The position numbers were made by a program, and so were the translations under genes. Shown here one piece after another: positions 1 to 9,660 of a stretch of DNA of 64,000 nucleotides (position 1 is its first letter; every line of letters begins with the position of its first letter). The stretch covers positions 352,001 through 416,000 of the forward strand of contig CAWJCS010000005.1 in assembly GCA_963841435.1 (NCBI GenBank). Direction: 5' to 3'. The notes below the pieces were generated by a model. It was not told where the DNA came from and did no database searches. It saw only the letters and a list, made by a program, of their open reading frames with translations. Source of the DNA: an uncultured delta proteobacterium. GTDB taxonomy: Bacteria > Myxococcota_A > Polyangia > Polyangiales > Polyangiaceae.

Positions 1-150
1 GGTGACGCGACGCCCGCGGACACGAGCGGTTGCTCCTGCACGGTCGTCGGCAAAAAGAGCACGCTCCCCGGCGCGCTCCCGCTCGCGCTCTCGCTCCTAC
101 TCGTGCTTCGCAGGCGTCGCGCGTGTCGATCGCTGGATGTCGAGGGGTAG
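1..150 (+). CDS. 3' end of a MYXO-CTERM-anchored surface protein (partial)
   Basis: Frame 1 reads ...DTSGCSCTVVGKKSTLPGALPLALSLLLVLRRRR...*: GCSC, a hydrophobic helix and an Arg cluster. Confidence 0.8.
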   Translation, partial: GDATPADTSGCSCTVVGKKSTLPGALPLALSLLLVLRRRRACRSLDVEG

Positions 151-275
151 CCCGCAGAGGCTACCTCGGAACCTCTAGCGTATTCGCGGGAACAGTCCGA
201 CCCAAAGCTCGGTCACGAGGTCGGCGTCGGACCGGCGAAAGCCGAGGGCCAAGCGCTCGTGCGCTAGGTCCGTCG

Positions 276-656
276 TCACGTTCGGGTTGGACCGCACGTT
301 GGCTCGTGGTACGCGATCGCGGAAACGGCGTAGCCGTCGAGCACGGCCTCGGCGTCCTCGGTCGGGGACCCCGAAACCGGCGGCAGCTTCAGCTCGAACC
401 GCTCCAGCGTCGCGAGGTCGAGCGCGCTGACGGCGCTCCCGTCGTTCCACACCAGCGCTCCCGTCTGGGACTTCGACTTGAGCTGGCAGTCCGGCACCGA
501 CACACGGGCGATGGCGGGCGCTGACACCGCCCCGTGCCGATCCGCAAACACCTCGAGCACTCCATCGCGGCAGACCCACGACTGCGCCGCACCGCCGGGT
601 CCCGAGAAGAGCCCGTAGTCGTAGTGCCCGCCTGCGAGCGCAGCTCGGCGGTCCAT
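276..656 (-). CDS. hypothetical protein (possibly a fragment)
   Basis: 126-aa ORF with protein-like composition; no family recognised. Confidence 0.35.
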   Translation of the reverse strand: MDRRAALAGGHYDYGLFSGPGGAAQSWVCRDGVLEVFADRHGAVSAPAIARVSVPDCQLKSKSQTGALVWNDGSAVSALDLATLERFELKLPPVSGSPTEDAEAVLDGYAVSAIAYHEPTCGPTRT

Positions 657-664
657 CCGCAGCG

Positions 665-907
665 ATGAAGAGTCCGCGGGTGCCGGAGGGAGCTCCGGAG
701 GAAGCGGCGCGACGGGTGGCTCCGGGCATCGATTGTGTCGCGCTCTGCCAAGACGATCCGTATTGCACCGGCGTCACCGACTACTTCTGGCTCGATGAGC
801 CCGGCTTCGGCTGCTACCTCTACCGGTCGACGTGTGACGCGCCGACCATGCCGGATTGGGCCGAGGAGGACGGCGGCAAGGACTACAAGAAGGTCTGTGA
901 CGGCTGA
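665..907 (+). CDS. small Cys-rich hypothetical protein, PAN/apple-like C-terminal fragment
   Basis: CVALCQDDPYCTG...GCYLY resembles the CxxxCxxxxxC...CxL apple pattern; no signal peptide, so possibly 5'-truncated. Confidence 0.35.
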   Translation: MKSPRVPEGAPEEAARRVAPGIDCVALCQDDPYCTGVTDYFWLDEPGFGCYLYRSTCDAPTMPDWAEEDGGKDYKKVCDG

Positions 908-1966
908 GCTGGTAGGGCGTGCGTCGCGGGAGTGGTAGCCGGCGCGCGGGCGCTCCCGGATTGCTCCAAGCGATAGCGACCATGCGCGTCGAGATCGAGC
1001 GCATCCGGAGGCAGGTGAGCGAGTCCTTCCGCAGCGGCTTCGAGCAAGAGCTCGGGTGTCGGCAGGCGAAGCAAGCGTCGTGCGAGCATGCCACCGTCAG
1101 GCAGAGCGCGGCAGAGAAAGCCGAGGTGCTCCTTCAGTGGACCAGCGAGGCGCCCCGGAGGGCCGTCGAAATTGGCGCGCTGCACTCGTTCTAGTCGCTC
1201 GAGGTGTGAAACAACGTCCGCCCCGCTCGGAGCGAAGGGCTCGCGGCCGGCGCGCAAATCGTCAATCTGGCGAAAGATCCAGGGGTTTCTGAGCGCCGGC
1301 CGGCCGATCATCACCGCCGCACAGCCGGTCTCGTCGAGCATGCTGAGCGCATCGGCGGCGTACCAGAACGTCGCCGTTGCCGACGACCGGGATCGAGAGC
1401 TCACGCCGCAGCAACGCGATGATGCGCCAATCGGCGACGCCACGATAAAAGTCCACGCGGCGCCGCGGATGCACCGCGAGAAAATCCGCGCCCGAGCGTT
1501 CCACGGCGCGAGCATTCTCGAGCGCGCTGTCGGCGCTGTCGAAGCCGGCTCGAAGCTTTGCCGAGAACAGGCCGGGCACGGCCGCGCGAAGCGTCGTGAG
1601 CAGCGAAGCGAGCTCGCGAGGATCCTTGAGCAGCGCGGCGCCAACACCCTTCCTCGCCGCCGTCTTGGACGGACAGCCGAGGTTCACATCGACGACATCG
1701 GCCCCCGCAGCGGCCATCACCCCCGCGGCCTCCGCCATCAGCCCCGCATCGTTGCCCATGAGCTGCACGCTGAGCGCCACCCCCGGCGCCTTCTGCACCT
1801 GGCGCTCGAGGTGCCGGCGCGAAACCCGCTCACCCGAAACCCGCACGAACTCCGTGCACACGAGACCGAGCGGCCCGTACCCGGCAAGCAGGCCACGAAC
1901 CGGCTGGCTCGTTACCCCTTCCATCGGAGCGAGCACGAACGGCGGTTGGAAAGGGAAAGGGGCCAC
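883..1966 (-). CDS. dus: tRNA-dihydrouridine synthase family protein (frameshift at about 1367)
   Basis: LAPMEGVT, VNLGCP, SAKLRAG and VVGNGDV in one frame; VMIGRPALRNPWIF in the next. One extra T in GAC GTT CTGG explains the shift. Confidence 0.9.
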
Positions 1967-2094
1967 GGGAGACTCGATCCTGGCGCGACCTGTGCCGGGG
2001 GCCAAGCCCCACCGCGACGCGAGCACCAGGGTTGTGCCAAACGCCCGGTGGCACACGGACAAGATCGGCGAGCATTTGGTACGCTGCGTGCGGC

Positions 2095-2745
2095 ATGTCG
2101 CTTGCTGGTCGGATCGGTGTGGGCAAGAAGCTGCCGCTCGGGATTGCGTTCGCTTCGCTGATGGCGGGAGCGAGCTGTGGCGGCAAGGAGGTGCCCGGAA
2201 CGTCGCAGCAGGCAGGCGATAGCGGAGGTCCGAGCCGTGGTGGGGAGGGAGGCACCGCGACGGGCGGCGCCAGCGGGAGCGGCGGGTCGGCAGCCGCAGG
2301 GAGCGGAGCTGTCGGGGGTACTCCCGGCGTGGGGCAGGGCGGGCGGGGAGGAATGCTCGGCTCGGGCGCGCTCGGTGGTGCTGGAGTCGGTGGATTCGCG
2401 GGCGTGAGCGGAGCCGGGTACGCAGGCGTCGCCGGTACGGGGGGCTACAGTGGCAGCTACTTCTCGCAAGGATGCTACGGACCGGACGACACCACCGCCT
2501 GCATGCCGGCCTCGGCGACGCCTGGCCCGCAGGACTGCATGCCAGCGACGGCGGGCGCCGGGGGCGTCGCTGGTGTCAGCGGAACGCTGCCGGAAGCAGG
2601 GACGGCTGGTGAGGGCGGCGAAGCTGGCAGCCCTGCGCTCGACTGCCCCATGTGCGGGCCGTACATGTCGTTCTACACACAGGTAGGAGGCCCCACCAGC
2701 AGCGGCGACATGTGCTGCTACTCGTACCACTGCTTCATCCGCTGA
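2095..2745 (+). CDS. Gly-rich lipoprotein with Cys-rich C-terminus
   Basis: Lipobox-like LMAGASC, long G/A/S linker, ends ...GDMCCYSYHCFIR. Confidence 0.7.
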   Translation: MSLAGRIGVGKKLPLGIAFASLMAGASCGGKEVPGTSQQAGDSGGPSRGGEGGTATGGASGSGGSAAAGSGAVGGTPGVGQGGRGGMLGSGALGGAGVGGFAGVSGAGYAGVAGTGGYSGSYFSQGCYGPDDTTACMPASATPGPQDCMPATAGAGGVAGVSGTLPEAGTAGEGGEAGSPALDCPMCGPYMSFYTQVGGPTSSGDMCCYSYHCFIR

Positions 2746-3155
2746 CGCATCGGCGGGAGGCTCGCGCGTTCGCGCACGGAGGACAGCTTGCACCGCGCAG
2801 GCGGAGGGCGGGCAGAACGCGCCAGCAACTCGCGCACTCTGGTGGCCACGCGACAAGATGAATCGCGCCGGCGCAAAAAGCCGGAGCAATCGCGCTCGCC
2901 GCCGTCGACCTGGGCACTGGGTCGCCGCGCTGAGCAGTTGCTGGTGATCCTGCGAGCGGGGCAACGCTGAACTCGCTGGAGGCGTCGTCGGGTTGTGCGA
3001 GCACAGGTCCGCTGATGAGAGCGAGTCTGAGCGATCGCTTTGCGCGAGTGTGAAGTTGATGGTTGACGAGCAATCCACGCCGGGCGTAAGAGTCTGGCCC
3101 TAGTTTGCCAGTGAAGCGGGGCGAGGGCGCTCGCGAACGAAGTGAGGAGGTTGCC

Positions 3156-5272
3156 ATGCGGAGGTGGATGACGGGATTCGTTGGTGCTAAAAATGCTATT
3201 GTGATCGCTCTCTTGTTCCCAGCCGCGTGCGCGGGCCGGGGCGACGAGGTGGGGGGGGGTGAGACAACCTCCTACACGCAAGAGGCCCTGGTGGTTCCGT
3301 TCACCCTTCCGAGGAGTCGGTGACGGAGAAGGGCGAGATCGACACCAACACTCCGGGCCCCGCTGAAATTGCTGCCGCTGTGCTCACGCCGAGCCTCGCC
3401 TCCTGTGCGACGCCGGACCCCTACGTCTTCGTGAGCTACTCTTCGAGCTCGGTGCTTCGTGCGTCCCTTTCCTCCATGGGATACTCGGGAGGCCCCCTGG
3501 CGCTTCTCCCCGAGGGCTCCCTGCCGATCACCGCGAGCTGTATCGGCAGTCTTCTTCCCGGTTACCCGCCGTCGCCGTACGGCCCCCTCTACGGCTATCC
3601 GATCCAACCGGGTGGCATCCCGTACTTGCAGCACAGCTCGGGCACCGACAACGTCATGGCGCGGTTGCCGACGGGGAACTTGCTGGAAGTGGGGGGAATC
3701 GAGCGCGCCTGCCGGGACCCGATCTCCGAAACCCTGTCCGGATGCCCCACCACCGCCCCCGCTGAGGGCTCCGCCTGCAGCACCGGCACGAACCCGCCGC
3801 GCTGCTCGTACAAGCCCATCACCCCGCCGGGTGATGGCACGGATCGAGTCTGCGGTTGTTACTTCAACCCGGCAGCGGACATCCCCGCGGTCCGTAGCGG
3901 CATGGGGCCGGACGTGACCATCACGGGCACGGCCGTGTCTGCGGCGCTCGGGCTCATCACCGTCACGAACAGCGGCGCCCTCGGCACGGCGCTGATGAGC
4001 TGGTCGTACGGCGCCCAGTCCGGGACGTCCGTGCCGATCGCGACCACCGTCACGCTCGGCACGACGGGCCAGACCGCCAATTTCCCGGCGGGAAACTACG
4101 TTGCCGGGACGACGTACAGCTGGACGCACGACACCTGGCACTGCTTGCCGAGGCGGCTCGAGGCAGGCGGCCTCGGGGTCCGACTCTCCAACGACTGCGG
4201 CGGCAGCTGGGATGCCCGGACCATCTTCCCGTACGAGCTTGGGGTCACGGGCGGGCGCGCGGTCAACCGCTTCGAGATGTCCGTGGACCCGTACGAGGAC
4301 CGCTTTTTCATCACCAGCTACGCGGGGGCGGGCGCGGCCGCCAATCGGAACGTCATCATCAAGGGCTCGCCAAAAACGGCCACGAGTCTCGGAGCCATGA
4401 GCTTCACCTTGTACCGTGACGAGGAGCGCACCGGCCTGCCGGTGGCGCTCACCACCGTACTCGACGAGAAGGCGCGCCTGCCGGGCGGGACGTTCGGCAG
4501 GTGGGTGCACGTCGTAACGGCGAGGTGCCCGGATGACCCCACGAGCGGCGCATTGGTTGACATCGAAACGCCATTTGGTCGCCGCACGGTGAATCTCAGC
4601 ATGGGCCGCTCGGCGGATTTTCGTTGCGATAACGCCGTGTCACTCCCACTCTTCAACGGCTTCACGTATCAGCGGTCCCCCAATATCACCGCCGCCGGCA
4701 TCCCCTCCGTTCCACCACGTGTTCGCGTCGTCTACCACGGCGTTCGGCAATCGGACGGCGCGCAGGTCGTGCACAGCTTCCTCGTCACCCTGTCCAGCCG
4801 CAACGACTACGACGCCGCGGCCATCCAGGCCGAGCTCGTGCACGAATTCACCATCGAGGACACGGCGGGCAGCCGCCACGTGGCGCTGCCGGCGCTGCTG
4901 GGCGTCGATGGCCTCGCAGGCTCCGACGCTCTCACCGACACGCCGATGGTGCTTCGCTACGCGCTCGCCGATGCGACCACGGTCGATGCTCGAGCGACGG
5001 TCATCTACTCGGGCCTGCGCGCATCGACGGACCTCGACCTCGGGTCGTCCAACATGAACCAGATGTTCGGAGGCGGTTGCCCCGGCGTGCTCGATCCGGT
5101 CAACGGCTACTCCGACCCCTGCTTCTTCGGCGACTACCAGTATGGAGCGTTCTTCGACAAGAGCGCCTCGGGTGAGCTCAGGTTCTTTACGCCGTACGGT
5201 GGGCAATCGCTCGCCATGCCGCCAGCAGCTGGGATCTTTGCGATTGGGACGGTCGTCGATGTGGTGCCGTAG
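3156..5272 (+). CDS. 'gene A': about 705-aa lipoprotein, Asp-box/sialidase-like propeller with a Cys-rich insert (frameshift near 3304-3306)
   Basis: Shine-Dalgarno GAGGAGG at 3144-3150; signal peptide IVIALLFPAAC then TQEAL; one added base joins it to the 650-aa ORF at 3320-5272; Asp-box LSNDCGGSW; C-terminal FFGDY. Confidence 0.75.
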
Positions 5273-5942
5273 CGCGTTGCTCACGGTTGCGCTCGCCGCC
5301 GCGACGGCGTCGGCCTGCGGGCGATCGATGTCGGGTGTGGAGCCAGCGGCCGGCGAGGGCGGGGAGCCCGCCGGTGCGACAATGGGCGGAGGGAGTCAGA
5401 GCGGCAGCGGCTCCGGCGCCGGCAATACCGCCGGCAGCTCCGAGAACAGTGGCCGGGGGGGTGCTGGCACTGCTGGAACTGGTGGCGGAGGCGGAGGAGG
5501 CTCTGCTGCCGGCGCCATGGGTGGCGGCGACGCGAGCGCAGGCTCGGCGATGAGCGGGGGCGCCGGAGCGGCGGGTGAGTCGAGTGCAGGCGAGAGCGGC
5601 GGCCTCGGTCCGCCGGGCTGCGTGCTCGGTAGCAGGTCATGTGGTTCAGGAAGCGTAGGCTTCGAGTGTCCGCCAGAGACCTACTACGATCTGCCCGAGA
5701 GCTGCTCCGGCTGCATCGACCCCACGACACAGGACCTTCAGTGTCCCACAAGGGGGTACGGCAACTGCACAGGATGTTGTTGCGAACCCACCCGCGGGGG
5801 CTGTGAAGCGCAAACCATCACTTGCGTTGGCTATCCGTCCACGCCAAACCGTTATCGATGCATCGGAGCGTACGACCCCCCTTCACCTGGCTGCGTCCTC
5901 GATACGACACTGAACGGTATCGACGCGCTCTGCTGTCCCTGA
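5259..5942 (+). CDS. 'B1' lipoprotein: Gly-rich tether plus 16-Cys domain
   Basis: ATG lies within the last codons of A (gATGtggtgccgTAG); MWCRSALLTVALAAATASAC; ends DALCCP. Confidence 0.85.
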   Translation: MWCRSALLTVALAAATASACGRSMSGVEPAAGEGGEPAGATMGGGSQSGSGSGAGNTAGSSENSGRGGAGTAGTGGGGGGGSAAGAMGGGDASAGSAMSGGAGAAGESSAGESGGLGPPGCVLGSRSCGSGSVGFECPPETYYDLPESCSGCIDPTTQDLQCPTRGYGNCTGCCCEPTRGGCEAQTITCVGYPSTPNRYRCIGAYDPPSPGCVLDTTLNGIDALCCP

Positions 5943-5948
5943 TGGGCA

Positions 5949-6297
5949 CGACGCTCTCACCGACACGCCGATGGTGCTTCGCTATGCGCTCGCCGATGCG
6001 ACCACGGTCGATGCTCGAGCGACGGTCATCTACTCGGGCCTGCGCGCATCGACGGACCTCGACCTCGGGTCGTCCAACATGAACCAGATGTTCGGAGGCG
6101 GTTGCCCCGGCGTGCTCGATCCGGTCAACGGCTACTCCGACCCCTGCTTCTTCGGCGACTACCAGTATGGAGCGTTCTTCGACAAGAGCGCCTCGGGTGA
6201 GCTCAGGTTCTTTACGCCGTACGGTGGGCAATCGCTCGCCATGCCGCCAGCAGCTGGGATCTTTGCGATTGGGACGGTCGTCGATGTCGCGCCGTAG
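5949..6297 (+). pseudogene. orphan 3' fragment of gene A (A2, type I allele)
   Basis: 5949-6287 matches 4924-5262 with one mismatch by eye; begins 6 nt after the B1 stop. Confidence 0.9.
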
Positions 6298-6988
6298 CGT
6301 CGTCATCGCGCTCGTGCTCGCTGCTGCGACGGGCGCGGGTTGCGGGCGGTCGACGTCAGGCGCGCAGCCTGCGGCCGCAGAGGGAGGAGAGACCGCTGCT
6401 GGCGGCAGGGGCGGCAGTGGAGCACCAGGCTCGGGCGGGTCCGAGGCTGGTGCAGACGACGGCCGAGGGAATCAGAGCGGGAGCGACTCGGGCGCTGGCA
6501 GCTCGCAAATGGGCGGAAGCGGTGGTGACGGAGTCGCCGGCGCTGGCGAGAGCTCTGGAGACGCTGGAGGCGGGGCAACGGCGAGCGGCGGCACTGCAGG
6601 CTCGGAGACGGGTGGAAGCGCCGGCTCGACGGGGGGCTCCGGCGCCGGCGGGGACGCCTGTCTGGGCCCGCCGGGCTGTTGGCTGCGGGGCAAGTCTTGT
6701 GGCTCAGGGGCCGTGGGCTTCGAGTGTCCTGGCTGGGAGCCTCCCGACGGCTGCTTCAACTGTCTTGATTCGTCCACGGAAGACTTCCAGTGCCCTCATG
6801 GACCACCCTGCAACATCTGCTGCTGCGAGCCCTCGCGGGGGGGGTGTGAAGACGAGGTGCCGGGGGGATGCGTGGGCTATCCGTCCACTCCCAACGCCTA
6901 TTTCTGCATCACGCCGTACGACGTGCCAGAACCCGGCTGCATATTCATCAGGACGACCGATGGTATCGACAAGGTCTGCTGCCCCTGA
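6284..6988 (+). CDS. 'B2' lipoprotein, 16-Cys domain allele
   Basis: MSRRSVVIALVLAAATGAGC; same Cys spacing as B1; ends DKVCCP. Confidence 0.85.
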   Translation: MSRRSVVIALVLAAATGAGCGRSTSGAQPAAAEGGETAAGGRGGSGAPGSGGSEAGADDGRGNQSGSDSGAGSSQMGGSGGDGVAGAGESSGDAGGGATASGGTAGSETGGSAGSTGGSGAGGDACLGPPGCWLRGKSCGSGAVGFECPGWEPPDGCFNCLDSSTEDFQCPHGPPCNICCCEPSRGGCEDEVPGGCVGYPSTPNAYFCITPYDVPEPGCIFIRTTDGIDKVCCP

Positions 6989-7014
6989 CGCACGCCATTT
7001 GCGCAGCTGCTTCG

Positions 7015-7474
7015 CGCCGCGGCCATGCAGGCGCAGCTCGTGCACGAGTTCACGCTCGAGGATACCGCCGGCAGCCGGCACATGGCGCTTCCAGCGCTGA
7101 TGGGAGTCGACGGCCTCGCCGGCTCCGATGCCCTCACCGACACGCCGATGGTCCTCCGCTACGTGCGCGCCGACCCGACGACGGTCAACGCGCGGGCGAC
7201 GGTCGTCTACTCGGGCCTTCGCCGTTCGACGGATCTCGACCTCGGATCGTCCAACTTCAGCCAGATGTTTGTAGGCGCCTGCCCGGGGATGCTCACCCAG
7301 AGCAACGGCTGGACCAATCCGTGTGCCTTCGGCGACTATGAGTACGGCGCGTTCTTCGACAAGAGCGCCTCGGGCGAGCTCAGGTTCTTCACGCCGTACG
7401 GGGGGCAGTCGCTCGCCATGCCGCCCCCGTCCGGGATCTTCGCAATCGGGACCGTGGTCGATGTGGCGCCGTAG
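7015..7474 (+). pseudogene. orphan 3' fragment of gene A (A3, type II allele)
   Basis: MQAQLVHEFTLEDTAGSRHMALP...GTVVDVAP is homologous to A from about 4813, with a divergent loop (MLTQSNGWTNPCAF). Confidence 0.9.
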
Positions 7475-8174
7475 CGCGGTCATCTCGCTCATGCTCGCCA
7501 CCGCGACGGGATCGGCCTGCGGGCGGTCAACGTCCGGAGTGGAGCCGGCGGCCGGCGAGGCAGGGGAGACGGCCAGTGGTGCGAGCGGCGGCAGAGGAGC
7601 AGCCTCCGGGGGATCCGCCGCGGGTGCGACGGGCGGTCGTGGAGGTCAAACCGGAGGCGGCTCCGGTGGCGGCGGCTCCGGGATAGGGGGGGGCTCGGGC
7701 GGTGATGGGCCCGGTGGGACTGGCGAAGTGTCCGGTTCTTCGGGAATCAGCGGGTCACCAAGTGGCGGCGGCGGTGGAGCCTCGGGCGCTGCTGCAAGTG
7801 GGGGCTCCGCGGCCGGCTCGAGTGCGGGTGAGGCTGGCGGCTTTGGTCCGCCGGGGTGCGTGCTGCGAAACAGGTCGTGTGGCTCGCAAGCGGTTGGCTT
7901 CGAATGTCCACCGGAGATCTACTACGACCCTCCCGATACTTGCACCAACTGCATCGACCCCACGATGGAGAACTTACAATGCTATCATGGGCAGCCCTGC
8001 ACACCGTGCTGTTGCGAGCCGTCCGGGGGAGGGTGTGAAGCCCAGACCGGGACCTGCGTTGGATACCCATCAACTCCGAACCTTTTGCTTTGCATCGAAC
8101 CATATGAGCCACCAGCGCAGGGGTGCATCACGCTCGGCTCCGACGATGGCGTCGAAACGGTCTGCTGCCCCTAA
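7461..8174 (+). CDS. 'B3' lipoprotein, 16-Cys domain allele
   Basis: MWRRSAVISLMLATATGSAC; ends ETVCCP. Confidence 0.85.
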   Translation: MWRRSAVISLMLATATGSACGRSTSGVEPAAGEAGETASGASGGRGAASGGSAAGATGGRGGQTGGGSGGGGSGIGGGSGGDGPGGTGEVSGSSGISGSPSGGGGGASGAAASGGSAAGSSAGEAGGFGPPGCVLRNRSCGSQAVGFECPPEIYYDPPDTCTNCIDPTMENLQCYHGQPCTPCCCEPSGGGCEAQTGTCVGYPSTPNLLLCIEPYEPPAQGCITLGSDDGVETVCCP

Positions 8175-8190
8175 ACTGAGGAATGCCCTG

Positions 8191-8805
8191 ATGTACGGCT
8201 TCACGTACGGGCGGTCCCCCAATATCACTGCCGTCGGCATCCCCTCCGTCCCGCCGCGCGTTCGCGTCGTCTACCACGGCATTCGTCCGGATGGCGCCCA
8301 GGTGGTTCACAGCTTCCTCGTCACCCTGTCGAGCCGCAACGGCTACGACGCCGCGGCCATGCAGGCGCAGCTCGTGCACGAGTTCACGCTCGAGGACACC
8401 GCCGGCAGCCGTGACATGGCGTTGCCAGCGTTGATGGGCGTGGACGGCCTCGCCGGCTCCGACGCTCTGACGGACACGCCGATGGTCCTCCGCTACGTGC
8501 GCGCCGACCCGACGACGGTCGACGCGCGGGCAACGGTCATCTACTCCGGCCTTCGCCGTTCGACGGATCTCGACCTCGGCTCGTCCAACCTGAGCCAGAT
8601 GTTCGGAGGTGCTTGCCCGGGGATGCTCACCCAAAGCAACGGCTGGACGAACCCCTGCGCCTTCGGCGACTACGAGTACGGCGCGTTCTTCGACAAGAGC
8701 GCCTCGGGTGAGCTCAGGTTCTTCACGCCGTACGGGGGGCAGTCGCTGACCATGGGCACGGCCGGTATCTATGCGATTGGGACGGTCGTCGATGTGGTGC
8801 CGTAG
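8191..8805 (+). pseudogene. orphan 3' fragment of gene A (A4, type II allele; longest)
   Basis: MYGFTYGRSPNITAVGIPSVPPRVRVVYHG... is homologous to A from about 4656 to its stop. Confidence 0.9.
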
Positions 8806-9500
8806 CGCTGTCATCACGCTCGCGCTCGCTGCTGCGACGGGGGCGGCTTGCGGCCGATCCACGTCAGGCGTGGAGCCTGCGGCCGCAGAGGGAGGGGAGA
8901 CCGGCTGCTGGCGGCAGGGGCGGCAGTGGAGCACCAGGCTCGGGCGGGTCCGATGCTGGCGCGAACGGCGGCCGAGGGAATCAGAGCGGGAGCGGCTCGG
9001 GCGCTGGCAGCTCGCAGATGGGCGGAAGCGGCGGTGGCGGAGTCGCTGGCGCCGGCGAGAGCTCTGGAGACGCTGGAGGCGGGGCAACGGCGAGCGGCGG
9101 AAATGCAGGCTCGCAGACGGGTGGAAGTGCCGGCGCGACGGGGGGCTCCGGCGCCGGCGGCGACGCCAGTCTTGGTCCGCCGGGCTGTTGGCTGCGGGGC
9201 AGGTCTTGTGGCTCAGGGGCCGTGGGCTTCGAGTGTCCTGGCTGGGAGCCTCCCGACGGCTGCTTCTACTGTCTTGATTCGTCCACGGAAGACTTCCAGT
9301 GCCCTCATGGACCACCCTGCAACATCTGCTGCTGCGAGCCATCGCGCAGTGGATGCGTGGCCGAGGGGGCTGGGGGGCCTTGCGTCGGATACCCGGCAGC
9401 GCAAAAATACTATTCCTGCATCGGGTCGTATGATCCACCTGCGTCCGGCTGCCTGGTCAGTTCGACCGTCGATGGCATCGACGCGGTCTGTTGCCCGTGA
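8792..9500 (+). CDS. 'B4' lipoprotein, 16-Cys domain allele (frameshift at 8903-8904)
   Basis: MWCRSAVITLALAAATGAAC; one extra G relative to B2 (gagaccGgctgct vs gagaccgctgct); ends DAVCCP. Confidence 0.8.
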
Positions 9501-9513
9501 CGAGCCGGGGCGA

Positions 9514-9660
9514 ACGGCCGGCAGCCGGCACATCGCGCTTCCAGCGTTGATGGGCGTGGACGGCCTCGCCGGCTCCGACGCTCTGACGGACACGCCCATG
9601 GTCCTCCGCTACGCGCGCGCCGACCCGACAACGGTCAACGCGCGGGCAACGGTCGTCTAC
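9514..9660 (+). pseudogene. orphan internal fragment of gene A (A5), cut by an ISCR remnant
   Basis: TAGSRHIALPALMGVDGLAGSDALTDTPMVLRYARADPTTVNARATVVY, then an abrupt switch to transposase DNA. Confidence 0.9.

Noticed and set aside
3251-3262. G9 tract as the cause of the gene A frameshift
   Set aside because: Adding one G brings TGA at 3260-3262 into frame, so the shift must lie between 3263 and 3320
7702-8805. 367-aa ORF as a real gene
   Set aside because: Its first half is an off-frame reading of B3; only the part from 8191 is homologous to A
3156-9660. Diversity-generating retroelement or CRISPR as the explanation for the repeats
   Set aside because: No reverse transcriptase or cas gene in the window; repeats are 150-600 bp coding fragments; differences include indels and are not adenine-specific
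3156-9660. Array as a pure assembly artefact
   Set aside because: The B alleles and the two A-tail types differ substantially and each junction is unique; read-level confirmation is still advisable
3156-9660. Classical polymorphic toxin/immunity locus or integron cassette array
   Set aside because: A tails are conserved with no recognisable toxin domain; A and B types are uncoupled; no integron integrase or attC-like sites seen
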